Shown in pieces: positions 13,177 through 23,523 of a stretch of 64,000 nt of DNA. Origin of the DNA: an uncultured virus (IMG/VR IMGVR_UViG_3300044858_004828) (taxonomy: Duplodnaviria > Heunggongvirae > Uroviricota > Caudoviricetes); the IMG/VR virus record IMGVR_UViG_3300044858_004828; one strand, written 5' to 3'. Each line of letters opens with the position of its first letter. Position 1 is the first letter of the stretch. The translations under genes were made by a program, and so were the position numbers. The notes beneath the pieces are model-generated. The model was not told the origin of the DNA. It ran no database searches and saw nothing but the letters and a program-made list of their open reading frames with translations.

Positions 13177-13457
13177 GTTTCAATCCACTGAAAACTATTA
13201 CCATCTTTAAACCAAACATAAGACACACCATTTGTTGATGTCCAAATTTGTCCTTCTGCAGGATTTATTGGTGGTTGTTCGGAAACAGTGTTTTCGGTGA
13301 GACCTACAAAATACCATTTTTTAGAGGCTTGAAGTGGGCTTTTCTCTGTTTGAATTTTGCACTCGTAAACCTTTCCTTGATATGATATGACATCACCACG
13401 GGTATAAGTAATGGGTTTACCATTAACATTTTTGAGTTTGTATTCGCCTCTAAACAT
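13173..13457 (-). CDS. Small protein with CBM5/12-like aromatic motif and fibre-type C-terminal motif
   Basis: YTRGDVISYQGKVYEC...W, then PPINPAEGQIW...YVW...QWIE. TCTAAATA late-promoter-like box at 13464-13471. Confidence 0.55.
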   Translation of the reverse strand: MFRGEYKLKNVNGKPITYTRGDVISYQGKVYECKIQTEKSPLQASKKWYFVGLTENTVSEQPPINPAEGQIWTSTNGVSYVWFKDGNSFQWIET

Positions 13458-13466
13458 TTAAAATAT

Positions 13467-15188
13467 TTAGATATTTTGTTTAATCTTTGAGAAATTATTT
13501 TTCTTTTCAAAATGCATCTGCTGATCAAATTTGTCAGCCAATTGATCCGATTTGTGGCTAATGATGAATATGGAGCACTTTGTCTTCATCTTGTTCAATA
13601 GCTTTAAGAAAGATTCTGTTCCAGATGAATCAAGAGAAGAATCTAAAATTTCATCAAAGATCAATAGATTGCAGTTCAAGCTATTCTTCATCTTTGCAAT
13701 TTCTCGCCAAGTCAACAATATGGCCAGATCGATACGCTGCTTTTCTCCCTCAGAGAAAGAGGAATATGAAAATTCATCTCTGTATCTAGATTTGATTGTT
13801 TCCTTGAACTCCTCATCGATGTTGAAGTCAACGAACAAATTAAGTTTTCCGAGATACTTATTGACGAGTCCATTGATGATGGGAACATAATGCTTGATAA
13901 TGCGGCTCTTAAGGCCACCATCTTTGAGGATATCGTATACAACATCGTGGTGAATCTGTTCATTGATTAAACTTTGTAACTTGTTCGAAATGTCTTGTTT
14001 TTCGGATTCAGACTTATTTAAACTTTCTTCCAACGAAGAAATGTTATTGGCTGCTTGCTTGTCTTTCTTTTCCTTTTGCAAGCGCTTTACATTTTCTTCT
14101 CCGTTGCCAATTCTATAGTCAATACCCATGATGTCGTCTGAAGTTGTTTCAATGCTTATATTGTAAGCATTGTATTCGTCTTGTGCATCTAAAAGTTTTT
14201 GATTTTTATCTTGAGCAATTTTTATTGCCTTTTGGCACTCCACAAGCTTTGCTTCTTTTTCACTAATATGTTTTTGTTTTTGTTCATGTGGAAGTTCTTG
14301 TCCACAGCACTTACATGTAGCAGAGGTCTTTAAGGAATCTATTTCTTCCTTAATAGTGCTCTCCATCGCTTCTGTCTTAGCTAGCATCAAAGGAACATCT
14401 TTTAGGGATTTAATTATCTTTTGGTACTTTGCTTGTTCATCAAAAAGTTGTTGTAACTGTTTAGTGTGTTCAGCTTTTTCGGACTTGCTAAGTTTGATGT
14501 TTTCTTCAAAGGATTGAATTTTTTCATCAATCGCCTTTATGTCATCAGCATTGTGATTTTTAACTTGTTCGATAAACTGCTTTTGTGATTTGATTCTTTC
14601 ATGCGATATCTTTAAAAGCGATTCATTTTCCGCAATGCTTACCTTTAGCGAACCAAGCTGACCTTTTACATATTGATTCATATCAGCCAAAATATCAAGA
14701 TCTAACAGTCCTTCAATGATCTTTCTCCGCTCCGCAGGCGTCAATTGCATGAAGGGAATGAAGTTAGACTTGCCAAGAATGACTACCTGCTTAAATGCTG
14801 CGTAGTTGAATCCAAGAATCTGCTCTTCAAAGTAATCTTGGTAGTCTTTTGACTTTGCGTGTTGGTCTATCATTTCTCCATCTTTATAGATTTCGAATAT
14901 TTTTGGACTGATACCACGCTTAACAATGTACGTTGAGTTTGAACGCTTAAACTCAATCTCAACCAAACAGTTTCTATTGTTTATGCTGTTGACTAACTGT
15001 GGGATGTTAATCGGTCTGAATGGCTTTCCGAACAAACCAAAACACAAAGAATCCAACAAAGCAAAAGACTTTCCATGACCGTTGGTCCCGGTCACAAGAG
15101 TTGTTTTGTTTGTGTTGAGTTTTATCTCTGTTGGATTTGAACCAAACGAACCAAAATTTTTAAACTTTACTGACACAAACTCAATCAT
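13467..15188 (-). CDS. gp46: Recombination endonuclease ATPase subunit (Rad50/SbcC-like)
   Basis: Walker A GTNGHGKS, coiled coil with Cys zinc-hook (CKCC), FSEGEKQRIDL signature, LIFDEILD. Confidence 0.96.
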   Translation of the reverse strand: MIEFVSVKFKNFGSFGSNPTEIKLNTNKTTLVTGTNGHGKSFALLDSLCFGLFGKPFRPINIPQLVNSINNRNCLVEIEFKRSNSTYIVKRGISPKIFEIYKDGEMIDQHAKSKDYQDYFEEQILGFNYAAFKQVVILGKSNFIPFMQLTPAERRKIIEGLLDLDILADMNQYVKGQLGSLKVSIAENESLLKISHERIKSQKQFIEQVKNHNADDIKAIDEKIQSFEENIKLSKSEKAEHTKQLQQLFDEQAKYQKIIKSLKDVPLMLAKTEAMESTIKEEIDSLKTSATCKCCGQELPHEQKQKHISEKEAKLVECQKAIKIAQDKNQKLLDAQDEYNAYNISIETTSDDIMGIDYRIGNGEENVKRLQKEKKDKQAANNISSLEESLNKSESEKQDISNKLQSLINEQIHHDVVYDILKDGGLKSRIIKHYVPIINGLVNKYLGKLNLFVDFNIDEEFKETIKSRYRDEFSYSSFSEGEKQRIDLAILLTWREIAKMKNSLNCNLLIFDEILDSSLDSSGTESFLKLLNKMKTKCSIFIISHKSDQLADKFDQQMHFEKKNNFSKIKQNI

Positions 15189-16231
15189 TCGTCTTCCTTT
15201 GACAAGGCAACATTATACGCCGAATTAATTATAGATGCAAGTGCTGTTTTATCTATAGATTTATCGGTTATAGTATCTAGCTCCTCATGGAGCAATTGCA
15301 AGGTATCTTTGTGGATATCTACAGCAACTAACTCTGGGTTTGCAGAAACTTCTTCTGCAACGGCCAATTCAGCCACGCCAACTTCATAGAACTTGTCGAT
15401 ATACTTCTCAAACAAAGGTTGCTTAGTTTTGTTTTTAATGAATATCTTTACATACTTGTCTTTGAAGTTTTCAAAGTTTAACTTTTCTTTTGAATCTTCG
15501 TTGTAGTCAAGCGTATAGAATAGGCTGTCTGTATTCTTGACAAATTCAAGAGTGCGATCCTTGAAATCAAAGACATGGAAGCCCTTCTCTTCCCAAACGT
15601 CCGAAAAAGCCATTTGATATTGCGTACCGAGATAATGAATGTTATCGCGGCTAGACTTAACATGATAATGCCCAGAAAGAACAAATTCAAACTTGCTGAA
15701 GTGCTTGGAATCATATCCTTGCTCCACAAATACTCCACGAATACTTTGAAACCCACATAACTCCAGATGACCAAGCAGAATAGAACAAGATGTGTTTTCC
15801 AAGAACTTAGCTGCATCGGATTCATTCTCTGGGTTGACCCAAGGAAGCAATGCGACACAACCTGTGCTAAGTTGGATTTCAGTCGGTTCAGAGTAGACTG
15901 ACCAGTTTCCATAATGTGCAATAAGTTCATCAAGAGAATTTACTTTATTTGTATTTTTATAGTAAGTATCGTGGTTCCCACAGATAATATTACATTTTAC
16001 ACCCATTTCAAGAAGTGGGTTTAAAAATCTTTTTTGTACTTGATTCAGGGTTTTAAAATTTATGTATTTACGACGATCAAAAAGATCACCAAGATGAAAT
16101 ATCGTTTTGATATTGTTTTCCTTCATATATGGAAACAACTGTTTTTCAAAAAACGATAAAAAGTATTCAAGCATAATTGGGGAATCATTTTTAACCCCAA
16201 AATGCGTGTCGTTTAAAATTACTGCTTTCAT
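15185..16231 (-). CDS. gp47: Recombination endonuclease nuclease subunit (Mre11/SbcD-like)
   Basis: DTHFG, GDLFD, GNHD and GHYH phosphoesterase motifs. Confidence 0.96.
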   Translation of the reverse strand: MKAVILNDTHFGVKNDSPIMLEYFLSFFEKQLFPYMKENNIKTIFHLGDLFDRRKYINFKTLNQVQKRFLNPLLEMGVKCNIICGNHDTYYKNTNKVNSLDELIAHYGNWSVYSEPTEIQLSTGCVALLPWVNPENESDAAKFLENTSCSILLGHLELCGFQSIRGVFVEQGYDSKHFSKFEFVLSGHYHVKSSRDNIHYLGTQYQMAFSDVWEEKGFHVFDFKDRTLEFVKNTDSLFYTLDYNEDSKEKLNFENFKDKYVKIFIKNKTKQPLFEKYIDKFYEVGVAELAVAEEVSANPELVAVDIHKDTLQLLHEELDTITDKSIDKTALASIINSAYNVALSKEDE

Positions 16232-16794
16232 AGATCAAAGGCGTCTTTTTTGACTTTCTTCTTTCTTTTAGCCTTCTTTGGTGCACACATGTCTTCAAAT
16301 CTTTCCATATCCAGATCAGTAAGGCCAAAGAAATCTCTGCGACCAACATCGATCCCTGCATAGGTTTCATTAAACCAGTTTTGGAAATCTTTGTTGTTTT
16401 GCTGTTCTGCAAATTTATATTGAATAAACTTTTCTTTCTTTTCTTTGTTTATAATACGAACAAAAGAAAACCAGCATATTTGGGTTAGATATCCAAACGG
16501 GCTGGTTGAAAGCTTCGGATCAAAATTATCAATATATGTTATGCAGTTTAAAACTCCGTCTGATACCATTTCTTCTCTATAAGGGTAGTTGGCAAAATTT
16601 GGTCTGTATGAAAGTCTTGATGCTATCTTTAGTATGCATTCGCCAATGTAATCTGGTAACTTTGGCTTTTTTCTTCCTGCATTTTCAGCATCTTTACACT
16701 TACTTTTATATTCAACCAAGGCATCGTACAAGGCTTGATTATCTACGTAATCAGCATCAGATGGTTTGGCTTTCTTCTTTTTTAGTTTTTTCAC
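16228..16794 (-). CDS. gp55: Late transcription sigma factor
   Basis: YVDNQALY...YIGECILKIA..LSYRPNFANY.YREEMVSDG..NC..Y..NFDP....PFGYLTQI; GTG start. Confidence 0.96.
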   Translation of the reverse strand: MKKLKKKKAKPSDADYVDNQALYDALVEYKSKCKDAENAGRKKPKLPDYIGECILKIASRLSYRPNFANYPYREEMVSDGVLNCITYIDNFDPKLSTSPFGYLTQICWFSFVRIINKEKKEKFIQYKFAEQQNNKDFQNWFNETYAGIDVGRRDFFGLTDLDMERFEDMCAPKKAKRKKKVKKDAFDL

Positions 16795-16800
16795 AATAAC

Positions 16801-16828
16801 AATATAGCTTTTATTTCTTATAAAGCAA
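16801..16828 (-). promoter_or_regulatory. Sigma70-like promoter TTGCTT-N16-TATATT upstream of gp55
   Basis: The -10 box ends 7 nt before the GTG start, which suggests a leaderless transcript. Confidence 0.55.
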
Positions 16829-17798
16829 ATTTATTTAACTTGTTTAGCCAATAGTCAACCATTTCTTCCATCATATCATTAAAATTAATTTTTGGTGACC
16901 AGTTAAGCTTTGTTCTTGCTTTAGTGAAATCACCTTTAAGATAATGAAGCTCTTCTGGTCTCATATATTTTTTATCTGTAAAAACATATTTTTGATAATC
17001 TAAATCAAGATAAGAAAACACCTTTTCTACCATTTCTCTTACTGTCCGCGTTTCTCCAGTAGAAATAACAAAAGATTCAGGTTTATCTGTTTGTAGCATT
17101 TTCCACATAGCTTCTACATAATCTTTTGCATGACCCCAATCTCTTTGTGCATCTAGATTTCCCAAAACTAATTTGTTAGATAAACCCAATTTAATCTTTG
17201 CAGCTTCTAATGCTACTTTATTAGTAACAAAGTTTATTCCTCTTCGCGGAGATTCGTGATTAAAAAGTATCCCAGAGCATGCAAATAAATTATAAGACTC
17301 AGAATAATTCCTGCAAAGCGTATGTGCGTACAATTTAGCACACCCATATGGACTTACTGGGATCATTTGGGTTGTTTCTCTCTGAAAGCCATCCTCATCC
17401 TTTGAATTACCGAACATTTCAGATGTTCCCGCATGGTATATTTTCGAATGTGGGGAAAATCTTCTTACTGCTTCCAACACAGTAAGTGTGCCGTTTCCAT
17501 TTACTTCCAATGTGTAATGCGGCAAATCAAAGGATATCTGAACGTGAGATTGCGCTCCAAGATGGTATATTTCATCCGGATTACTTTTTTTTATGACACT
17601 TTGTATGCTTAAAGGATCTGTTAGATCGGCATAACATACATCAATGTGATCTTTAATATGATCTATTCTTGTAGTTTGTGATTCGGGAACAGAATTTCTT
17701 CTTATCGTTCCGTAGATTTTATAATTTTTTTCTAATAAAAATTCTGAAAGATACGAGGCATCTTGGCCATTTACACCTATTATTAGAGCTGTTTTCAT
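16818..17798 (-). CDS. gmd: GDP-mannose 4,6-dehydratase
   Basis: GVNGQDASYL, AQSHVQISF, SPYGCAK, GILFNHESPRRG, LGNLDAQRDWGHAKDYV. Confidence 0.96.
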   Translation of the reverse strand: MKTALIIGVNGQDASYLSEFLLEKNYKIYGTIRRNSVPESQTTRIDHIKDHIDVCYADLTDPLSIQSVIKKSNPDEIYHLGAQSHVQISFDLPHYTLEVNGNGTLTVLEAVRRFSPHSKIYHAGTSEMFGNSKDEDGFQRETTQMIPVSPYGCAKLYAHTLCRNYSESYNLFACSGILFNHESPRRGINFVTNKVALEAAKIKLGLSNKLVLGNLDAQRDWGHAKDYVEAMWKMLQTDKPESFVISTGETRTVREMVEKVFSYLDLDYQKYVFTDKKYMRPEELHYLKGDFTKARTKLNWSPKINFNDMMEEMVDYWLNKLNKFAL

Positions 17799-17807
17799 TT
17801 TAATATT

Positions 17808-18710
17808 TTAACCATTTTGTAAATAATTCATCAAATCTATTTTTGGTTCCCAACCAAAAGTGTGTTTTATTTTTTCAATATTTGCTTTGGTGTCCCTACA
17901 TTCCATAGGTCTTTGAGGAACATGGACATGAAAAGATTTATCCTCTTGTATTGCTTCAGCGATACCATTTATAGAATAATTCTTTGATGTTCCTACATTA
18001 AATACATCACCGTAAAATGTTTTATTCGAATTAGATACGATATAGTTTGCCTTTACTATATCTGTAACGTGGACAAAATCTCTTGTTTGTTGACCATCAC
18101 CAACTATAGTTAGTTTGTCGCCATTTGACTTTTGTTTTTGAAACACTCCTATTACTGGAGAATATTGTCCCTTTGTTGGGTTTCTGGGACCATAAACATT
18201 AAAATATCTCAAGCATACACTTTGAACTCCATACATTATTCCATACATCTGACAATATTGCTCTGCATGAAATTTGCTAAGAGAATAAGGATTTAAGCAG
18301 TCTGGCTGCATGCTTTCTATTTGTTCTAAATTTTTGTTACCATAAATTGCAGAAGTACTTGATAAAATTAACTTCTTTACTGAATATTTTTTACACAAGT
18401 CTAGCATTGTTATGGTTCCACCCGTATTGACATTAAACGCTTTACTTGGGTCTTCAATACAATTTTGTATTCTTGCTTCAGCAGCAAAATGCAAAATAAC
18501 ATCGGGCTTATGTCTCTTGAAGACATCAGAACACATAATAAAATCTGTTACGCTATATTTGTAGTATTTTGCCTTTTCATTAAAATAAAAAGTGTCGTGC
18601 ACATCTGAAGATAGATCGTCTATAACAGCAACTTCGTGGCCGTTGTTTACTAAAAAATCTACAGCATTTGAACCGATAAAACCACAACCACCCGTAACAA
18701 TATATTTCAT
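17808..18710 (-). CDS. NAD-dependent nucleotide-sugar epimerase/dehydratase (extended SDR)
   Basis: TGGCGFIG, YSLSK, LRYFNVYGP, GDGQQTRDFVHV. Confidence 0.92.
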   Translation of the reverse strand: MKYIVTGGCGFIGSNAVDFLVNNGHEVAVIDDLSSDVHDTFYFNEKAKYYKYSVTDFIMCSDVFKRHKPDVILHFAAEARIQNCIEDPSKAFNVNTGGTITMLDLCKKYSVKKLILSSTSAIYGNKNLEQIESMQPDCLNPYSLSKFHAEQYCQMYGIMYGVQSVCLRYFNVYGPRNPTKGQYSPVIGVFQKQKSNGDKLTIVGDGQQTRDFVHVTDIVKANYIVSNSNKTFYGDVFNVGTSKNYSINGIAEAIQEDKSFHVHVPQRPMECRDTKANIEKIKHTFGWEPKIDLMNYLQNG

Positions 18711-19798
18711 AATGCAGCCTGCTCTAATATTTTAATAATTTTATTTAAATTATTATCTATACTTAGATCATTCAAAAACCTATTTTTTGAATTGTCTGAT
18801 CTAAATTTGTAATATTCACCATTTTCTTTTAATTTTTTCATTTCTTCAACATATGAATCAAGGTTATCACAGACAATACCACCATCTCCTATAGTTTCTA
18901 CGTGACCCATATTTGGTGAACGGTGTGATATAACTGGCAATCCATAAGACATTCCTTCTGCTATTGCCTGTCCATATGTCTCACCATCAGCTCGCCCGTG
19001 AGCATACACATTTAAAGTTCTTAAAAATGAATTTAAACTTTCAACATTCGATGAGTGTTCTAAAAAATACACATTTTTTAAATTCAACGTTTTACTTTGC
19101 TGTCTGTATTTTTCTCCACCACCCATTATAATAAAAGCCGTGTCTTCATTTTCTATCTTGCTGTATGCTTCCAGAGGAATTGAAGAAAAAATATTGTCAT
19201 CATTTCTTTGGTGCATGCCGTAAACAAATTTGGAATCTAAATTAAACAAAGCTCTCAAATTATTTCCCGAGTATGGCTTGTGTTCTGTAAATAAAAATAC
19301 CACATCCGATCTAGTGGCATCTCCACCAGCACGTACCCACGATTGCTCTTGAAACTTTGAAATATGAATATACTTTTTTACATTTGATTTTGTTTCTGAC
19401 ATTCCTGCTAGAGTAATAAATGCAACCTCTGGTACGTCTGTTATGTGGCAGAATGGATATTCTTGATGTCCCGCTCTTGCAGATACTATTAAATCATATT
19501 TTTTTGAATTGTATATTTCCCAAAAATTTGTATCAACCCAATCGTGTGTCGATGAATACAAATTTTTTGCTTTTACAGCAACATGTTTTAAATTAACTTT
19601 ATTGTCCAACATATATTGCTTTCTATCTGGATCTGTATCTGGGTGAATCCAGTTTGAACCAATATATGGGGCGCTATCAGTGTAAAGATAATCTACTTCA
19701 AATTTATCTTTAGGCAAATTAGCTAAAATAGTTTGAAACCATTTTTCTGTTCCACCAGCTGCCAGCCCACCGAATTTAATTGCTGCTATTTTTATCAT
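18707..19798 (-). CDS. GT4 (GT-B fold) glycosyltransferase
   Basis: N-terminal GGTEKW and C-terminal ETYGQAIAEGMSYGLPVI motif. Confidence 0.85.
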   Translation of the reverse strand: MIKIAAIKFGGLAAGGTEKWFQTILANLPKDKFEVDYLYTDSAPYIGSNWIHPDTDPDRKQYMLDNKVNLKHVAVKAKNLYSSTHDWVDTNFWEIYNSKKYDLIVSARAGHQEYPFCHITDVPEVAFITLAGMSETKSNVKKYIHISKFQEQSWVRAGGDATRSDVVFLFTEHKPYSGNNLRALFNLDSKFVYGMHQRNDDNIFSSIPLEAYSKIENEDTAFIIMGGGEKYRQQSKTLNLKNVYFLEHSSNVESLNSFLRTLNVYAHGRADGETYGQAIAEGMSYGLPVISHRSPNMGHVETIGDGGIVCDNLDSYVEEMKKLKENGEYYKFRSDNSKNRFLNDLSIDNNLNKIIKILEQAAL

Positions 19799-20406
19799 AT
19801 TACTTTTTTAAATATTAAATCTTGTTGTAAAAGTTTTCCACCCCATATCAGATTATCTAATACACCGTCAACGACAAAACCAATTGAGTTTAGGTAGTCT
19901 ACAACCTCTTGCTGTTTTGGCGCACCTATATTATACCCCGAAACATCAGTTTCAGCCACAATAAGTCTAATATTTTCTAGAGTCTTTGAAGCTCCCTTTA
20001 AAATATCCAATTCACTTCCCTGTGTATCGATTTTTAAAAAATCAAATTTGATATTTGGTTGTTGTGTTTGTAGCAGTTCATCAAGAGTTATTGTATCGAC
20101 TTCTTCACAAATTATTTTATCATCAGAATAGTGTTTTGTGTTTTCTCTATAAAGAGAATTTCCGGTACATATTAAATTTTCTTTTGTTTTATAAAAAATT
20201 TTTTTATCTTTTTTTTCTGATAAACAAGCAATAGTTGAATTTGGATTTTTTTGTTTTAATAAAAATTCACAATCTTTATTTGCTTCAACACTAAAAACAT
20301 ATACATCAGGTTTTGCCGACTTGATCAAATCAACATACTCTCCTATAAATGCACCTATATCCAAAACACAATTTATATTATAATTGTATAAGTAATTTTT
20401 TAACAT
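19795..20406 (-). CDS. FkbM-family methyltransferase
   Basis: VLDIGAFIG...VEAN...TLDEL...FLKIDTQGSELDILKG. Confidence 0.9.
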   Translation of the reverse strand: MLKNYLYNYNINCVLDIGAFIGEYVDLIKSAKPDVYVFSVEANKDCEFLLKQKNPNSTIACLSEKKDKKIFYKTKENLICTGNSLYRENTKHYSDDKIICEEVDTITLDELLQTQQPNIKFDFLKIDTQGSELDILKGASKTLENIRLIVAETDVSGYNIGAPKQQEVVDYLNSIGFVVDGVLDNLIWGGKLLQQDLIFKKVI

Positions 20407-20407
20407 A

Positions 20408-21310
20408 TTATTTTAAAAATTTATTTCTTAACTGTGGAATATGCCAAATATGAAGATCTTTAAAATATTCTACTCCATATTGATCAAACATTTTATAGAT
20501 TGATGGGAGCAAATCATTTCTTAAAAAATATTTTTCATCCCATGTTTCATCATAGTTGGGGATATTTGGGACAGGTATTCCATAAATCCAGTCTTCTGGA
20601 ATTTCTCTTAACCCAACATTTTCATCCATCATAGTAATACTATATGTTGAATTGATGCTATTTGCATGTTCTTTACCTCTGGCCACCAGCTCACAGCATT
20701 TATACCAACACTGTTTTAATTGAAATGTATTCCAAACTGAAAACTGATAATGCAAAACGCCACCATATTGTAATGGCAAAGTGACCCAAGAGCCATTGTT
20801 GTGTCCCGGTGTTCTGCCTACAGTGTGAGACGAAATACCATCCCAAGAATAAGACAATTCAGGAGAATCACAAACAATAAAATCTTTCCAATTATTACTC
20901 CACGGGGTATTATCTTCTCTATATTGTTTATAACTTTTCCATAGCGCCAGCCACTGCATAGCCAGTTTTTGTCCCGGCTTTAAGCTAGATATTATATTTT
21001 TAGCATTTATTAAAAAATTAGTTGTAAATGTTTCGTCCGCATCAAGCATAATAAAATGCGTTCCACCAGCTTCTCTGCCTTTTTGTAATAAAATGTCTCT
21101 ATGCGTTTTTGAAACACTCCATTCTTTTGGTTTTAATTCTTTTTCCAGTTGGTAAACAGTAACACCAGAATTTTTTAAAATTTCTGATGAGTTGTCTGTA
21201 GAATTATCATCAAGAGCTATTATTTCGTCACTAATAGGTTTAACGTTTGATAAAAACGTAGGCAGTATCCAAGATTCATTTTTAAAAGGCAAAAGTGTTA
21301 TTATTTTCAT
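20408..21310 (-). CDS. GT2-like glycosyltransferase
   Basis: PFKNE...IIALDDNSTD...MLDADE...LHY. Confidence 0.8.
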   Translation of the reverse strand: MKIITLLPFKNESWILPTFLSNVKPISDEIIALDDNSTDNSSEILKNSGVTVYQLEKELKPKEWSVSKTHRDILLQKGREAGGTHFIMLDADETFTTNFLINAKNIISSLKPGQKLAMQWLALWKSYKQYREDNTPWSNNWKDFIVCDSPELSYSWDGISSHTVGRTPGHNNGSWVTLPLQYGGVLHYQFSVWNTFQLKQCWYKCCELVARGKEHANSINSTYSITMMDENVGLREIPEDWIYGIPVPNIPNYDETWDEKYFLRNDLLPSIYKMFDQYGVEYFKDLHIWHIPQLRNKFLK

Positions 21311-22083
21311 TTTAAATATTTTCCCACACTAATAGCTGTACCATTATTATGTATATGTCCTATATCATATTTTTTTGCATCATCAATGTATGATGGCTCC
21401 AATACATTAAGACCGTATCTAAGTTCTATTACAGTTCTTTCTAAAGGCTGTTTACTATTTGGGCGTGTGCTGGCTCCCATACCTTCATTTAAATAAAAGC
21501 CAAGTATATGTGGTATGTGCTTTCCCTTTCCATTAAAAGCCAACCTAAGAGCCAAATCAAAATCTGCACCGGAAACTAACTGCTCATCAAACAGCCCGCA
21601 TTTTTTTATTGCAGACTTTCTAAACATAAAAAATGGACCGAGCACCATTCCCTTTGTTAATAAATTTTCTTTTCCTGTTTCGTCAACCAAGTATCCATAT
21701 TGACTTCCAAAAGAAGAAACTACCAAATAGTTTCCATAACAAAAATCTACATCTGGATTGTCATCTAATGTTTTTGCCATTAATTCTATGGAATATGGTG
21801 TTCTTAAATCATCTACATTCCAGATACAAAGATATTCACCTTTAGATTCATTTATACACCTATTCATCGAAACACCGATTGGATCAACTTTGTCAACGAC
21901 AATGTGATTTATATTGCTGTATTTAAACGATTTAACCAGATCAATTTCTTCTTTTGCTGGCTCATTATGATCCAATACAACTTCTATATCATTAAATGAT
22001 GTTTGCTTTGGTAGATCATTTAAAAAAGTTTTTAAATATTTTCCCATTCTATAGCAGGGTGTAATGGTGCTTACTTTACACAT
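21307..22083 (-). CDS. GT2 glycosyltransferase
   Basis: VSTITPCY...GEYLCIWNVDD...MFRK...GLFDE...ADFDLALR. Confidence 0.88.
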   Translation of the reverse strand: MCKVSTITPCYRMGKYLKTFLNDLPKQTSFNDIEVVLDHNEPAKEEIDLVKSFKYSNINHIVVDKVDPIGVSMNRCINESKGEYLCIWNVDDLRTPYSIELMAKTLDDNPDVDFCYGNYLVVSSFGSQYGYLVDETGKENLLTKGMVLGPFFMFRKSAIKKCGLFDEQLVSGADFDLALRLAFNGKGKHIPHILGFYLNEGMGASTRPNSKQPLERTVIELRYGLNVLEPSYIDDAKKYDIGHIHNNGTAISVGKYLK

Positions 22084-22903
22084 TTTTATAATACTTTATT
22101 ATTTCTTGGATTCCGGTATCCAACGATGTTTTTGGAGACCAATATTTTAAAATATTTTTATTTGGATCATTTTTTAAATTTTTTTGAACATCATCTGAAT
22201 TGTTGCTGGGTACAATTTCACATGGAATATATTTTGATATTATTTTAGCAATATCAATAACTTTTGTCCATTCAAAATTAGAAACATGATACTCGTCTTT
22301 TCTATCGATATCGTTATAAATTTGTGAAAGCTTTAACAGACATTCACAACAATCTTCTGCAAAAAGAAATTGTCGTTCTTCGACCCCGTCTGTAATCATA
22401 TCTATTTTTTTTGTTTTAATAGCTTTTTGTATAAAATCAGTGATTACGTGAGATTTTTCAAAATCTTTTTCTATACCATACACATTCCAAAATCTTGTAT
22501 TTAATCCACCTAAAGACTTTGTATAGTATTCACCAATTTTTTTTAATGTTCCGTATGATGAATAATCCATAGCAGACATTTGTGATGAGGCGAATATAAA
22601 TGGTTTTTTATATTTTTTAAGCGATGTAAAAGTTACATCCATTATTTTTGAATTGTTGTTAATAAATTCAAACGTATTTTGATATTGTTTTAAATATCTT
22701 GAGCCACCTACATCAAAAGCTAAGAAATATACAAAATCACTATTTTTAATTTTTAAATCAAGCAATTCATTATTTTGAATTCTTAAATCTTCTTTTTCAG
22801 AATTTACTATATCAAACCCATCTACTTGGTAACCTTTTTGTTTTAAGTAATTAAATAAATGAGAACCAATTTGTCCTTTTGAACCTAATATTAAATATTT
22901 CAT
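22076..22903 (-). CDS. NAD-dependent nucleotide-sugar epimerase/reductase (extended SDR)
   Basis: LGSKGQIG, YGTLK, RFWNVYG, DGVEERQF. Confidence 0.85.
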   Translation of the reverse strand: MKYLILGSKGQIGSHLFNYLKQKGYQVDGFDIVNSEKEDLRIQNNELLDLKIKNSDFVYFLAFDVGGSRYLKQYQNTFEFINNNSKIMDVTFTSLKKYKKPFIFASSQMSAMDYSSYGTLKKIGEYYTKSLGGLNTRFWNVYGIEKDFEKSHVITDFIQKAIKTKKIDMITDGVEERQFLFAEDCCECLLKLSQIYNDIDRKDEYHVSNFEWTKVIDIAKIISKYIPCEIVPSNNSDDVQKNLKNDPNKNILKYWSPKTSLDTGIQEIIKYYKNV

Positions 22904-23523
22904 TTTGTTTGCTTTGAATAAAATGCGTCTCCCCAGCCATATTCTGTTGGAGCGGTAAATAGTCTACTAAAGCCATATTGACTTAAAAATTCATCCAATT
23001 TGTCTGCCAAAACACAGTTTTCATACAAATGTTCAAAATTAATTTCAGTCATAATGTGATCTATTGACTTTAATGTTTCTACACTTCCTTTTAATGCCTC
23101 AAGCTCGTATCCCTGAATGTCCATGTTTATGAAGTTGTAAACATTTAAATCTATGCCTTTAGACATTACATATTCATCTAAAGAAATTTGATTTATTTGT
23201 TTTTCTGATTCAAACTTGATATGTGGATAATACTCCAAATGTTTTTGTGGTTTTAAAAGTGAACAAGACATCGCTTGATTGGCAGTTTCGCAATATAAAG
23301 TCTTTGTTGTGCTTTCCGGACCTACAGCTACATTTTCTAAAATAACATCTTCTGCATTATCAAATTTATATGTTAAAATTTTATATGAGTCTGGATGAGG
23401 TTCAAAAAGAATTGAAGGAACCTTTAGTGCTCTGTATACAGCAACTTCTTGTCCGTGATGTGCACCAATATGCAAAACACCTTTTATATTAAAACCACTA
23501 TTAACAATTTCAAATAAGTTCAT
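22900..23523 (-). CDS. FkbM-family methyltransferase
   Basis: VLHIGAHHGQE...FEP...NMDIQGYELEALKG...WGDAFY. Confidence 0.9.
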   Translation of the reverse strand: MNLFEIVNSGFNIKGVLHIGAHHGQEVAVYRALKVPSILFEPHPDSYKILTYKFDNAEDVILENVAVGPESTTKTLYCETANQAMSCSLLKPQKHLEYYPHIKFESEKQINQISLDEYVMSKGIDLNVYNFINMDIQGYELEALKGSVETLKSIDHIMTEINFEHLYENCVLADKLDEFLSQYGFSRLFTAPTEYGWGDAFYSKQTK

